64,000 bases of DNA from Squalus acanthias (taxonomy: Eukaryota). The first letter of the stretch is position 1; each line of letters starts with the position of its first letter. Where the stretch lies: positions 115,322,001 to 115,386,000 of the forward strand of contig CM059431.1 of assembly GCA_030390025.1 (NCBI GenBank), read 5' to 3'. The notes below the pieces were generated by a model. It did not search any database. It was given only the letters and a program-made list of their open reading frames with translations, and was not told the DNA's origin. Positions 24,957-37,690 of the stretch are shown here, in pieces. A program made the position numbers and the translations under genes.

Positions 24957-25308
24957 GTTGTCACCTTTTGCCTGGTCCAATGTCAGGATCAGGATTGGGA
25001 ATTTGGACAGGGGTTCACTTGGACATGTAATGCATTCACATTAATTTTGTAAATAAGATAAAGCTTGGAGACCTATATGGCAGGTTGACTGGCTCACATG
25101 GACTGTACACCAGTAATCAATTCCATCAGGAGAGGAGGAAAAAGAACCTGTTGCATGGCAATTCTTCTTTTCTAATGATTAAAGTGGTATTTGTTAAGAG
25201 GGGTACTCCAGGGTTGCCACCTTTTGCCTGGTCCAATATCAGGACCAGGACTGGGAATTTGGACAGGGGATTAAGCTTGGACATGTAATACATTCACATT
25301 AATTTTGT
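24957..25308 (+). repeat. Two ~95-bp direct repeats (24957-25050, 25212-25308)
   Basis: GTTG(T/C)CACCTTTTGCCTGGTCCAAT...GGACATGTAAT(G/A)CATTCACATTAATTTTGT occurs twice. Confidence 0.9.
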
Positions 25309-25429
25309 CAATTTTTCTCTCCAAATCTCTCATCTCCGCATTACTCTTTCTACCTCATTTTTCTACAACAAAATAAGATTCACACTCTACGCCTTTTGTA
25401 ATGACTGAAACTTTGGTCGTGTTATAGTC

Positions 25430-25810
25430 CATACATGGAGTATGAGGGGTTTTGATAAATAGGGAGAAACGGTTCCCACTGGCAGGAGGGTTGGTAACCA
25501 GAGGACACAGAATTAAGGTAATTGGTAAAAGAACCAGAGGGGAGATGAGTAAAAAATTACACGCCGAGTTGTTGTGATCTGGAAAGCATTGCCTGAAAGG
25601 GTGGTAGAAGCAGATTCAATCGTAACTTTCAAAGGGGAATTGGATAAATGCTTGACGGGGAAATAATTGAAGGGCTTTGGGGAAAGAGCAGGGGAGTGGA
25701 ACTAATTGGATAGCTTGTTCAAAGAGCTGGCACAGGCATGATGGGCCGAATAACCTCCTTCTATGCTGTAACCATTCTATGATTCTATGATTCTCTGATT
25801 GTATGATTCT
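25430..25810 (+). mobile_element. CR1 3' fragment
   Basis: TRGHRIKVIGKRTRGEM-type coding and (ATTCTATG)n tail. Confidence 0.88.
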
Positions 25811-25859
25811 TTGCTTCTATGACGTATGTTATATTTTGTACTCCATACATTGTATCACA

Positions 25860-26330
25860 GGTGTCAGTTGTGGCTTAGTGGGTAGCACACTCGCGTCTGA
25901 GTTAGAAGGTTGTGGGTTCAAGTCCCACTCCAGGGACTTGAGCACATAAATCTAGGCTGACACTCTAGTGCAGTGCTGAGGGAGTGCTGCACTGTCGGAG
26001 GTGCCGTCTTTCAGATGGGATGTTAAAATGAGGCCCTGTCTGCTCTCTCAGGTGGACGTAAAAGATCCCAAGGCACTATTTCGAAGAAGAGCAGGCAAGT
26101 TATCCCTGGTGTCCTGGCCAATATTTATCCCTCAATCAACATCACTAAAACAGATTATCTGGTCATTACCACATTGCTGTTTGTGGGAGCTTGCTGTGTG
26201 CAAATTGGCTGCTGCTTTTTCCACATTACAACAGTGACTACACTCCAAAAGTACTTCATTGGCTGTAAAGTGCTTTGAGATGTCTGGTGGTCGTGAAAGG
26301 CGCTATATAAATGCATGTCTTTTTTTTTCT
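25860..26330 (+). mobile_element. tRNA-derived DeuSINE (SacSINE1-like), full length
   Basis: A box TGGCTTAGTGG, B box GTTCAAGTCC, Deu-like core AAAGATCCC..GGCACT...GGTGTCCTGGCCAA, and L2-type tail GGCGCTATATAAATGCA. Confidence 0.88.
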
Positions 26331-28405
26331 CTGGTTATTTGGTAGCAAACTGCAGTCCCAAAGAATAAAAAGCTGGAGCAACACAATATTGGGTATTCAG
26401 GCAGGCAGGGAGAAAAATCACACAACTAAGACTCAGGCAAAACTGAGTCAGTTGGGTTGTAAGGGCCAGAATGCTGTTCTGGCACACTTTAACCACTGCC
26501 CCTCCCCAAACAATATAAGATTTGTCAAATGCTTTTTTCCCCCTGGAAGACTGTACTTCTTTAAGGTTTTTGCAGTGAATTGAGAAGATCACTATCGTGC
26601 AGTTTGTGTACTCATGCTGCTGACCTCCACTCTTCACCCCTGCGTTTTGCTTTTGTGATTGGCAGGCACCCAGGAACAAAGAGCAGAGGTCAGGAGTATG
26701 AGTACACAGCCCGAACGTCACTGAAATTAATCTCTGTGGCAAAACTTTAATTACCTAAAAGCAGACGGGACAGGGGAGACCATTTTTCAGCGGTGGCCTA
26801 CCAGTTTACTCTTGCACATTAGTCCCTGAATTTCTGGATTGTCCTTATATTTTCCCAATCGTTTTGTATCCCAAACTGGTGTGGTTTTATTTAAGATTGT
26901 GTTAGAAAATGCTCCACTCATTGTTTGCAATTCAGGCTAAACTTAAGGGAAATCGCTCCACACAGACATACAAAACATACCTTCAATATTACAATGCAGC
27001 CGTGGATCACTGCAGCTGTAATATGATTCCAGACGGAAACGTATGAAGAAAAACAGCAATAAACTGACAATTAGAGCATTTCTGCCACTGCCAGCAATTA
27101 ATTAGTTTAAAAGTCTCTAAATTGAGGAAAAATTTAAACGCAGAGGCGAACTGAATTTTGTCAAAGTTTGACACAGATTCCCGCATTTTCTCCATTCTAC
27201 TCCTCCCACATATAATCCAGATAGTCTTGCACCTTTGGAGAACCTGATTGATATTTGTATACATGCATGGTCCCTTTGTCATTGTGTTTGCTCACACCAT
27301 CACTTTCACCTACTTCCCCCATTTGGCAGCCTGTTGGACTTCTTCCTGCCTTGAATGCCAGATTCCTCGGTATTCATGCCCAGTCATTAGCACCCTGTCC
27401 CCCACTGAAATTATGAATGAAAAGGCTTGTTGTTCTTTACAAATAATGCCGGCTTCCTCGGTCAGTCAAATTCAAATGGGACTGGCCGCAAGACAAAGCG
27501 CCCGTATGATGGACAGCCCTCTCAGCAAGTGATCAATGCACAGGATGTTTTTTTTTATCAGCACAATATAGGTAGAGCTAGTTCAGCCATGTCCACAGCT
27601 TGGTGAGGGCTTCTTAAAAGAGGGCAGGAAGGGACACAAAGTCAGTTCTGCCTGAGCAGCACTTGTAAACCTTTTCCCATTCAGAGCCACATACACCTTT
27701 AGTAATGCTGCTCATAGAAAGAAAAGGGCAGGCGCCATTTATTTGGTTTTGAATGCTGTGCTATGCAGAGAGTGGGTCGCATACTCTGGAGCAGCACCGA
27801 CCCCAGCTGGGAAGGTCATTGTCCTTGGCCCCCTTTTCAAACTGGGGGAGGGAGGAGGGGTGGGGGTGAAGAGGCAATTGACAAGCTCATTGTTCTGTCT
27901 GGAGCCCTGCTGCTTCAAAATACTCTGCGGCCCCAGTCACATGTTGTCAATAAAAGCTGTCAGAGCTGACGAGTGAAGAAGGGCTGTTCAGGAAACAGCT
28001 TTTACCCTTCAAGTGGACAGGCCTCAGTGACTTCTCCAGTGGTCCGTCTGCCACAGCCATCCCAGCCAAAAATAACCTCGGAGCCATAATTTATGCCTGT
28101 TTCCTGAAGCATACAAGTAACAGCTGGTTATTTTTCCTCTTTTACTTTTTCTAAGTAGAACAGTCAGATTTACTTTGGCATTGGAGAGAGCATGTCGAAG
28201 TCTGGCATCTTACCTATGTGACATAACATTTAACCCCATAACCCCAGTTTAAGTAAAATATTTTTTGCTTTAATTTGGATTCAGGTCAGAGTAAGATGTG
28301 CTTCAGATTGCAATATATCATTAAAAGACACATATAACACGCAATAGTGAGACTCTGGAGTCATGTTTGCATTGGAGAAGTAAGTTTAGATTCACTTTGA
28401 TTCCA

Positions 28406-29137
28406 GGGGGGAAAAATTCAGCTGCTTGCGCCTCCCGTTAGCGCCTTAAGAGGGCGCTAATGGGGCGTAAAGCAGCTAACGCCCGGGCGCAGCGCCGCCC
28501 ACGCCTCCCGAAAAATTTAGTGGGAGGTTAGCGGCGGCGGCAGCCGGTAGCGCCCTGTGGCGCTGCGCCGCCGGCGATGACGTCATCGCCGTGCGCAGCA
28601 CCCCGCTCGCGCCCCGGCCGTGATCTTCAGTCGCGCCCCCTGATTTACCGCCAGACGCTATGTCCGACGGGTTCAGGGAGGCGTACGTGCGGCCGAGGCG
28701 GCGATATTTAAAGCGGAGGTGGCAGGCGGCCATTTTTGTTGCTGGCCGCCTGCCAGCACCTGTCCCGGCCCCCGTGAAGCCCCCCCACCGTGAAGTGCCG
28801 GCTGCGCTCCAAGAGCCCGGCACTTCTCTTGAGTGCCGGGCTCTTTTGCCGGCACTCCCGATCCCTGGGGGCCCAGCTGGGCCCCGGTTCGCGCTGCGCA
28901 GGGTCCCTCCCTTTTAAGAAGGGGAGGAAGGCCTGCAATACCGCGGCACGTAGCGCCAGGATATTCACTCGCAGCGCCCCAAGAGGGATGCGGGGTGCTT
29001 CCAGTTGCGCCCCGCTTCCCTCTTGGGGCGCAACCACTGAAGTTCCGGCGCGGGGCCGCTAATTTTTTCGGGGCGCTAAAAGTCGCGCCCCGGCGAGGTT
29101 AGCGCCCCAAATGGGGCGCGACTCAATTTTTACCCCC
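28406..29137. mobile_element. GC/CpG-rich Harbinger-like MITE, family B
   Basis: GGGGGGAAAAATTCAG / CTCAATTTTTACCCCC. Homologous to 19920-20470. Confidence 0.85.
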
Positions 29138-29439
29138 AAATGTCTAATCTTGACAAATAACAAATAAGCACATTCAGAATCTGGGGTGGTGCCTGGCTTC
29201 AGTTTACTGGTGACAACATCCTTCCACCAGGACACTGAGCTTTACAACACTCTCTTTCCTGTTCATGCCATTGGAAAAGATTAATTATTTTAAAGAAAGT
29301 ATTCTTGGGCATGTATTTCTAAAGTTCTGTTTATCTACTTAGTACATTTATATTTTGCACTTTCATCATGGCATAGCACTTGAAAGCAAAGCAATAGTTT
29401 GGCTATTAGGCAAACTTTGTGCACACCATTAACGCTCTA

Positions 29440-30500
29440 CTATATTGTTACTACCCAGCCCAGACAGAATACCAAGCCTTCAATATTCACCACATTAACC
29501 AACCCAAACACAGTGCAACCTTTCTACTTATACTGACAATACCCAGTCCAAACACAGTAATTTCTCCATTATAAAAAGGAAAAAAAAACTTGCATTTATA
29601 TACTGCCTTTCACATCCTCCGGATTTCCCAAAGTGCTTTACAACCAATGGATTACTTTTGAAGTGTCGTCATTGTTGTCATTTAGGCATACATTATAGTG
29701 CTTTACTTGCAGATACACTACTAACTGTTCATTGTGCTTCCAATACCCAGTCCAGACTCAGAGGTAACTCTTCACTACACTTGTGCTACCCATCCCAGAC
29801 ACCTTTCTATCTTCTCACTATACTGTCAATACCCAGTCCAGACACAGAGCTAACTCTCCACAATATCGCTTATACCCACTCAAGAAACTCTACCAGCTCT
29901 CCACCACTAACACACAGCTAATTTTCCACTACAGGCACTTGTTCCCAGCCCAGACATATTGTTAGCTCTCATTATATTATCAATATCCAGTCCAGATACA
30001 TTCCAGTAATTACCTTACTGACACAAAAGCCCTAAACACTCTTAACTCTTCATTAAACTGACGATATGCAGTTGCAGACTCTTCTCTCCCTCAATTATAT
30101 CATTATACTCAGCTCAGATACACCACTGGTAATCCTCCAAAACACTGATAACACCTAGGCTATGAGAAAAATTATCATTCTAATAGACTGTCCATACCTC
30201 CCTCTATTCTATCTAATCCAGAAATACAAATAATCTTCCACTACACCATCTACATACCATTATTATACTGCTACAACTTGTCTTAGACAACCGCTACCAT
30301 GTCTAGCCAAAATCACTAACTACTCCATTATCATCACTATACCCAGACTGGATATATCAGTTAACTTACATTACTATCACCACCAATAAACCAGGACATA
30401 TCACTCATCCTCCATTACCACTGCCACTACCCAGTTTGGACATATCACTAACACTCCATTATATCTTCACTATCCAGCCTGTACACACTCTGAAGAATAC
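29440..30500 (+). repeat. Highly diverged ~50-bp tandem array with a DeuSINE tail inserted at ~29580-29690
   Basis: Recurring core (A)ATACCCAGTCCAGACAC, usually preceded by CCATTATACTG-like sequence. Confidence 0.7.
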
Positions 30501-33035
30501 CATGACCCAGCCCATTTTCTTCATGGTTATGAAGCAGCATCATGACTCGAACTGCTTTGACACTCTAACCCCACCTCTTTGGCAACTGCATGAGAACTAT
30601 GCTAATTAGGGATATAGGGTTGATAATATGATCTTTGGTGCCAAAAATGCATCAGATATTGGCTCCCTGCATTATAAGCCTGAGGCCTTCTTAGTGTCCA
30701 ACGCACTATACGCATTGTAACAAGAGCTGAAAGATCTTATGCACCTGTTCTGATTGTTATGTAAGTTATGGGATATCCCCATAATGTCCTTGCAGTGCCT
30801 GAATGGTACTCCAGATGCTCAGAGCCCATATAACATGGGGGCTATATGGGACCTTCTTACCTTTAGTTGGGTCTTTCTTGTTAAAGGTAGTTTTCAGATT
30901 TCTCTGCAGCAGTTTCTCATTCACTGCTTCTATGCTATATTGCTACTGTGGGAGAAACAAAGTTAATGAAACTTACTGGAGCCTTACTGATACCGCATCA
31001 GTTACCTGTACCTATTTTCCCTAGGACTGGTCACTGTGTGCTACTTAAAGAGGAACGTTATGCATTCCTATGGGCATACATCTCCACTTGCAGGTTCTGA
31101 GGGAGGAGAAGTATTATTAGAGGCATGCCAGACAGATGTGCTTCTACTTCAGAAGATCAATCAGGGCCTGTCATTTTGATACCAGTCATGTATACAGGCC
31201 CAGTCATTCTTAGCTGGACATATCAGATGAAGCCTGTACACGGAGCCTATGGGCCTGAAATTCCAGGATTTCTTGGAGGGCCAAAGTGCTGCAGCTCCAG
31301 TGTGGTTGACCAAAATTTGGGCTGTAAGTTAGGTATGCCAGAGTTATACCTGTTTGAAATACACATTCAATTCCAGTGGACCTGGGAGCTAGCAGAAGAT
31401 GTGCTAGCTCCCAAAATGGTGCAAGTATGCATATGACTGGACAATGAGGGCAAAAGCTGCCGTGTCAGAAATTCTAACATTTATACCAGAACTGCATCTG
31501 ACTTAACTTAAGGTTGTAGAAAAGAGGGGTAAGTTACCTGCATGACTTATCAAACAGGCTCTGATTGTCCACAAACTTTGTCTGAAATATTAGCTTTGAT
31601 TGGAATTATTCAAAATATCTTTTCTTAGCTGTGCTGCTAAGAGAGGATTCTGCGAACTGCATTTCAGCAGTTTCAGGCAGGGAAATCTTTCTTGCCATGG
31701 GGTTCACTATAGGCATTTCCAGATATGTCCTTACGATGGAGGCAGAACAGGAGAAGGATAAAGAAGAAATAAGAAAGGCACACAGGATAAGACTACACCA
31801 AAAGAGAAGACCATCTAGGAGGTACCGTTCCACCAGTCTACAGACCATGCTGCTTTCTTGAAAATGTATCAGAATAGATCTGCTTAAGGAGTCAATGGTT
31901 CTTTGTGTCTATTGCAAACTTACCTTCAAATATCCTCTCAAACACAAAAACCAAACAAAGAGCAGACATGTTTTGGAACACTGGAGTTCATATCATAAAA
32001 TGGTTTTACTGTACACATTCCTATTTACAACAGGTGCTTCTTTTTGCCACTGATAGCCTACCCTTGGTGCCTCTCTATGCAACATTGAGGTGCTTCCTGA
32101 AGCCTAGGGTTGCCAGTGGTGCTTAGCTGCGCTGTGGTATTATGAGCCTCTTCTGACCAAGGTAGCCCTAGTTTCAAGAGTTTCTGAGTCCCGGGAGGAC
32201 TCTTCAGCAGGTTGCACCACCATTGCAGGTTCATGAGCAATGGTGCAGGTGGCGTGGGTGGTCCCACTGATCAGCGGGAAGGTAGACCTGATGTTATCAG
32301 TTAGATACTGCAGGCCCTGGTGATGTCACCCTGAATCTCACCCTTCTCTGCAAACGGTCCCCCAAAGCCTGAAGCCGAGTGGTCAAAGCATCCTTGTTGA
32401 TGCATTGACTGGTCTGAAGACCTCTCTCTGTCAAGCAAAGATGAATGCAGATGTTCCTGGTGCTGCCACTTGCTCCAGGTAGGATTACATTGTTTTGAAT
32501 GCTTCTTGGATACTGGCAGTGAGAAATGGCATTTGACTTTGCTGTGACCCTTGCCTTCTGTCTCAGGTCGCCATCGTGCTCCTTGGTGCCTCCATGTGAG
32601 TGTGATGATCATCCAAATTCTTTTTAGAGCAGGACCCGAGAGAACTGAGTGCACAGGCTCGGGAGACGAGTTAATTTCTGCGGAGCATCAGATCCCATTT
32701 TCACCTCTGAATCCTCCGACACCCCAATATGTTATGTCACACCCAGTAAAAAATCCTCATTGGAGCTATCCATATCCCTCAAGTGGATTTATCTGGGCTG
32801 GTGAATGAGAAAGAAAGAGTGAATGACAGTGTGGGTGAAGATATGGCTGACTGGGAGTGGTAAAAAGCTGCTTGCCTCTTTCTTCCTCCTCAGTGACATT
32901 TTGCTTTGGGTTATCTAGAGGAAAAGAAAATGTGAAAATGTTATGCCGCTACCATCGCAGTCCTCCTTTGTTTTTAAAGGTACCTAATCATGTTTCTTGC
33001 TAGTGTGTTTACACTCCCAAACCATTACACAAGCA

Positions 33036-33114
33036 TGAGAAGTCGCACAACACCAGGTTATATGTGCGACTTCTCATTTTTGTCCACCCCAGTCCAACAC
33101 CGGTATCTCCGCAT
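33036..33114. mobile_element. Tiny inverted Penelope terminal-repeat fragment
   Basis: GAGAAGTCGCACA...TGTGCGACTTCTC fold-back with 13-bp TSD CATTACACAAGCA (33023-33035, 33115-33127). Confidence 0.85.
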
Positions 33115-33459
33115 CATTACACAAGCAAGCTGCAGATGGACCAGACAAACCTACAGCTGCCACTGGCCCTCCGACATCCACATCCCAACAGATTCAGGCA
33201 TTTTGATCTCCAGGATCTCCAGGGCTTCTTCATCATGGGATATAGGGGACCACCACCTGCGGCCTGAGATTCCTGGTGGTTATGGGCCACCTTCTCCTGT
33301 GAGAGAGAAGAGAAGAAGACATGATTATTGCAGTGAAGATTGGTCAGTCTTTCATTGCAGCAGTTTGACATATCAGATTATCTGAGGGCCACAAATCAAG
33401 AAAGGATGGGTGTGGTGAGTTAGGGAAGTTTTTTCAGTATGAGGGAAGTTACAGTTGTA

Positions 33460-33905
33460 AAAAGAAAAACTTGCATTTATATAGCACCTTTCACAACCAC
33501 CAGACATCCCAAAGTGCTTTACAGTATTTTTTGAAGTGTGGTCACTCTTGTAATGTAGGAAATGCAGCAGCCAATTTACACACAGCAAGCTCCCACAAGC
33601 AGCAATGTGATAATGACCAGATAATCTGTTTTAGTGATAAATATTGGCCAGGACACCAGGGATAACTTCTCTGCTCTTCTTTGACATAGTGCCACGGGAT
33701 CTTTTACGTCCACCTGAGAGAGCAGATGGGGCCTCGGTTTAATGTCTCATCTGAAAGACACCACCTCCCACAGTGCGGCACTCCCTCAGTACTGCACTGG
33801 AGTGTTAGCCTAGGTTTTGCTCTCAAGTCTCTGGAGTGGGATTTTGAACCCACAACCTTCTAGACTCAGAGGCGAGAGTGCTACCAACTGAGCCACAGCT
33901 GACAC
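33460..33905 (-). mobile_element. DeuSINE (SacSINE1-like)
   Basis: Reverse-complement homologue of 25860-26330. Confidence 0.9.
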
Positions 33906-34704
33906 GGCAATGGTAGTGGCATAACATTTTCACATTTTCTTTTCCTCTGGATAACCCAAAGCAAAATGTCACTGAGGAGGAAGAAAGAGGCAAGCAGCTT
34001 TTTACATGTAGGTAACATGTGACATAGGATGGGAGAAAGGATGAGAGGTTGAGAGAACTGTTTTGGAGCACAATGATGGTAATGAATTAATGCATGCTAC
34101 ACATATAAAAAGACAGCAAGAAAGGGTCATGGGGAGCAGGCACTTTGGCTGCTCTGGTGAGGTCATTACATTTCTTCTGGCACTGCAAAGGAGTACTGGG
34201 GGTCATGGAGGTGGCACTCACTGCCACAGTTACCTCGCTCCACAGACTGTGTACTACCTTTTTGGTGAGACTCTAGCACCCGACCATAACAGCCTATTCC
34301 TCCTGCGCCATATCTCTGTAAGGAGGACATCCAAGTCTGACTCCCTGAAGTTAGCCACTCATAAGTTGGATTTGATTTTCATTTTCCCCGTTTAGCTTGC
34401 CTGCTTCCATCAGCACTCCAGTTGCCCCTGAAGCAGCAGCTGGTTTTATATCCTGCTGCCACACCAGGTAATTTTAACGAGGCGAGTTTTAACGAGGAAA
34501 GCTTAGTAAGCATTTTTTTGGGCTGGGGTTGTGGCAGTAAAGCACACTTCCCCATTTCAGTCTCTTTTTATGCTGCAAAGGAAGGAAAATCCAGCCCAAT
34601 GTGCGTTATACCTGTTCGTACCCAGGACCAATTCTATTACTGCTAAATAACAAAAGGGAAAAAATTGTACTAGTCGCTATGTGTAGTGGCTTTATAAACA
34701 TATC

Positions 34705-35423
34705 GGCCCGTATTTTCCGATGCCTACGGGTGTGTACGAGCTGTGTATACGCCCGTAGGGACATCGGAAATGTCGATTTCAGGCATGTGAAGCGCATGCG
34801 CTGAAAACCGGCATTTCCGATCTGTCAAGAATCCTCTTGACAGATCGGACGCCTGCCCTGGAGAAGGGCCTCTGCGGGTGGAGAGTTCCGCTTTCTGGAG
34901 AACCTCCACCCGCTGAAAACCCTTAGAAATCTTACGCCAGGTAAAAGCAGGCGTAAAGAGTTGAAAAAAGTATTAAAAAAAATGTTTTCACTCATTTATA
35001 ATTTAAAAATACTTTAAAAAAAGGCAAGTTTATTTTTAGTCCTGTAAAAATCTTTAATTATTTTTTTCAAAAAATTAAATTTTTTGTTTAAAATATTTAA
35101 TTTAATGTAATTTTAACTCATTTTAAAAACGTGATGGTTTTTAAAAAATGTATTTAATGTTTTAGTGTCTTTTTGGGGTGATCTCCTTTCATACTTTTGA
35201 CGGGTCTATCTGTCAAAAGTAGGAAGGGAGATTCCCTTCTCCCATTGGCTCGCCTGGCGAACCGCATGCGCCCCCTGGGATACGTGGGCCCTGCGCATTT
35301 TGACTTTGGAGAGGCCCAGGATCGGAAGTGTCCGGACCTCGGGAGCCCTCAGGTAAGTGCGTAGATTTTTTTCCGATAGGAGGCATCCGCACGCAGGAAG
35401 TCTCCTATCAGAAATTACGGGCC
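34705..35423. mobile_element. Harbinger-like MITE, family A
   Basis: TIR GGCCCGTATTTTCCGAT / ATCAGAAATTACGGGCC. Colinear with 36808-37509. Confidence 0.9.
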
Positions 35424-36619
35424 ATTCTATTTGAATATATTGATGATGTCCCCACACATAGCGCCCAGAGAAATTTCCCCCCAAAATTGCTACTTTTAAA
35501 AGCACAATTAACACATGAACTAGCTCTAATTTTCACATTTAATTAAATTTGGAACTGTGTACACTTTGATAGAGAACTACTTAAAGCTTTTACATCTACC
35601 ATTCAATAGACAATCTCTATTTTAAAGATATTCTTTAAAGACTGTTTAAATTTCAAACCAGACTATTAAGTACCCCACGTGGGGCTTGAACCGATAACCT
35701 TCTGGTGCAAAATTGAGAGTATCCCCATGGTTATACCGCGCACGTAACTCTTGTTGCTTGTGTAGTTGTATGTTATTACATATTGGAGACATGATATCTG
35801 GCACATTTTCCAGCCATTACACTTTTTTTTGGATTGTCCATTTATTTTCTTGGATTGAATTCAAATTAAAACCAGACTTTTTTTGAACCACACCAGCTGA
35901 GACAGCAGGTTTCTTCATTTGCATTGTAGCAGAAAACTATTTTTTTGCACCTTCCACTAACTGTTGCTCTGATCAATAATCAAATTTAAAAAATATGCCA
36001 ATGAATGAGAATACACTCCATTTTGTTGTAGTGTATAATCATAAAATCAGTTCATAAACACTCTGCCAAAGTAAGTTTCTGTGTAGCTGACATTACTGAA
36101 AGGGTTGCAACCTCATGACAACTTTCACGGAGGCTATTACTTTAAATTTGGGTTGAGGTTAAAAGTTAATTCAAATGAAACAAAGTTGTATGTTTGGTAT
36201 TCACAATAAAATGCAATTGTAAATACAGGCTTCGTGTTGCTGCTGAGTATGACACTGGTTCATGCGTTACTTCAGCCTTTTCGCTATAACAGGCAGTTTA
36301 CTTGTCAGGACTGTTACATGAGCTGCACTCTAGAGTACTTTCTGACCATAAATCTTGGCGCAAGCAAACACAAATAAAAGAATTCCAGTATGTTGATGTC
36401 ACTCTGTTATAAGTTTGGACGCAAAGACTTACTTAACGAGGATCCTACAGAATAGGTCTGCGTCAACTGATGATGGTTGAAACTATTGTACCTTCAGAGG
36501 AGGTCAGAAATCTTGTTCAGACTTAATGCAGACACAGTCCACAAATTAAAGCCTGGGTTATATTGACTTCTGGTCACTGCAACCGTGGCTGGTTTTGGTT
36601 CTGTGCCTATTGCAACAGA

Positions 36620-37690
36620 ACCAGATTTCATAACTCCTGCCCCTTCTGACACAGTTGCCATACAGACCCAGTAACTCCTAGGACTGATCTCAGCAGGGGG
36701 AGCTGTAAGGGCACTGTGGTTGTCTTCAATGTCCCCCAGCATAGGAGTGGAAGAATCATTCACAAATTCAACACCAGATCACTATGTGGATACCAGGTAA
36801 AGACAATGGGCCGGTTTTTCCGATCCCTACGGGTGGGTACGCGCTGTGTACACACCCGTAGGGACATCGGAAATGCCGGTTTCAGGCATGCCAAGCACAT
36901 GCGCTGAAAACCGGCATTTCCGATCTGTCAAGAATGCCTGGCCTGGAGAAGGGCCTCTGCGGGCGGATAGTTCCGCTTTCTGGAGACCCTCCGCCCGCAG
37001 AAAACCCTTGGAAATCTTATGCCTGGTAAAAGCGTAAGGCCTGCTTTTACCAGCATAAGACTTGAAAAAAAGTTTAAAAAAACATTTTTTCACTCATTTA
37101 TCATTTTAAAATACTTAAAAAAAGTAAGTTTATTTTTAGCCCCGTAAAAAACTTTAATTATTTTTTCAAAAAATTAAATTTTTGTTTAAAATATTTAATT
37201 TATTGTAATTTCAACTCATTTTAAAAATGTGATTAAATTTTTTTTTTTTTAATGTTTTAGTGTTTTTGGGGTGATCTCCATTCATATATCTGTCAAGTGT
37301 ATGAAGGGAGATTCCCTTCTCCTATTGGCTGGCCTGGCCCACGTGATCCCAGGGACGCTTGCGAACCGCATGCGCCTCTGGGAAACGTGGGCCCTGCGCA
37401 TTTCGACTTTGGAGAGGCCCATGAGCGGAAGTGTACGCACCTCGGGCGCCCTCAGGTAAGTCCGTAGATTTTTTCCAGATCGGAGGCCTCCGATCGGAAA
37501 ATACTGTCCAATGTTGGGCTCACCTGTAATGGGCTTCATGATCAAATCATGTTCCAGCACTCACTATCTAGGCCCACACATGAAGAATGATCACTTGGGT
37601 GAGGTAACAGAATGCCACCAGTGCCTGTGGAGCTGTGCCCTAGCATTAATCATTACCTTCAGAAGTGAAACTAAAAGTGAGGGAATTGCC
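36620..37690 (+). mobile_element. AmnSINE2-like ancient SINE split by a MITE
   Basis: CACTCACTATCTAGGCCCACACATGAAGAATGATCACTTGGGTGAGGTA matches the recalled AmnSINE2 core. The upstream half lies before 36808. Confidence 0.65.
36808..37509. mobile_element. Harbinger-like MITE, family A
   Basis: TIR GGGCCGGTTTTTCCGATC / GATCGGAAAATACTGTCC with exact AAT TSD. Confidence 0.9.

Larger units (their letters stand above)
31251..34597. mobile_element. Degenerate two-gene PIF/Harbinger element: transposase remnant (+, ~31690-32200) and Myb/SANT remnant (-, ~34140-34360)
   Basis: Imperfect TIRs GGGCCTGAAATTCC / GGAAAATCCAGCCC. Plus strand has PPVYRPCCFLENVSE*ICLR. Minus strand has ANFRESDLDVLLTEIWRRR...LWSEVTVAVSATSMTPSTPLQCQKKCNDLTRAAK. 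Confidence 0.65.

Noticed and set aside
25860..25935. tRNA genes (also 35670-35740 and 53935-54007)
   Set aside because: These are SINE heads or decayed heads with A/B boxes but no complete cloverleaf.
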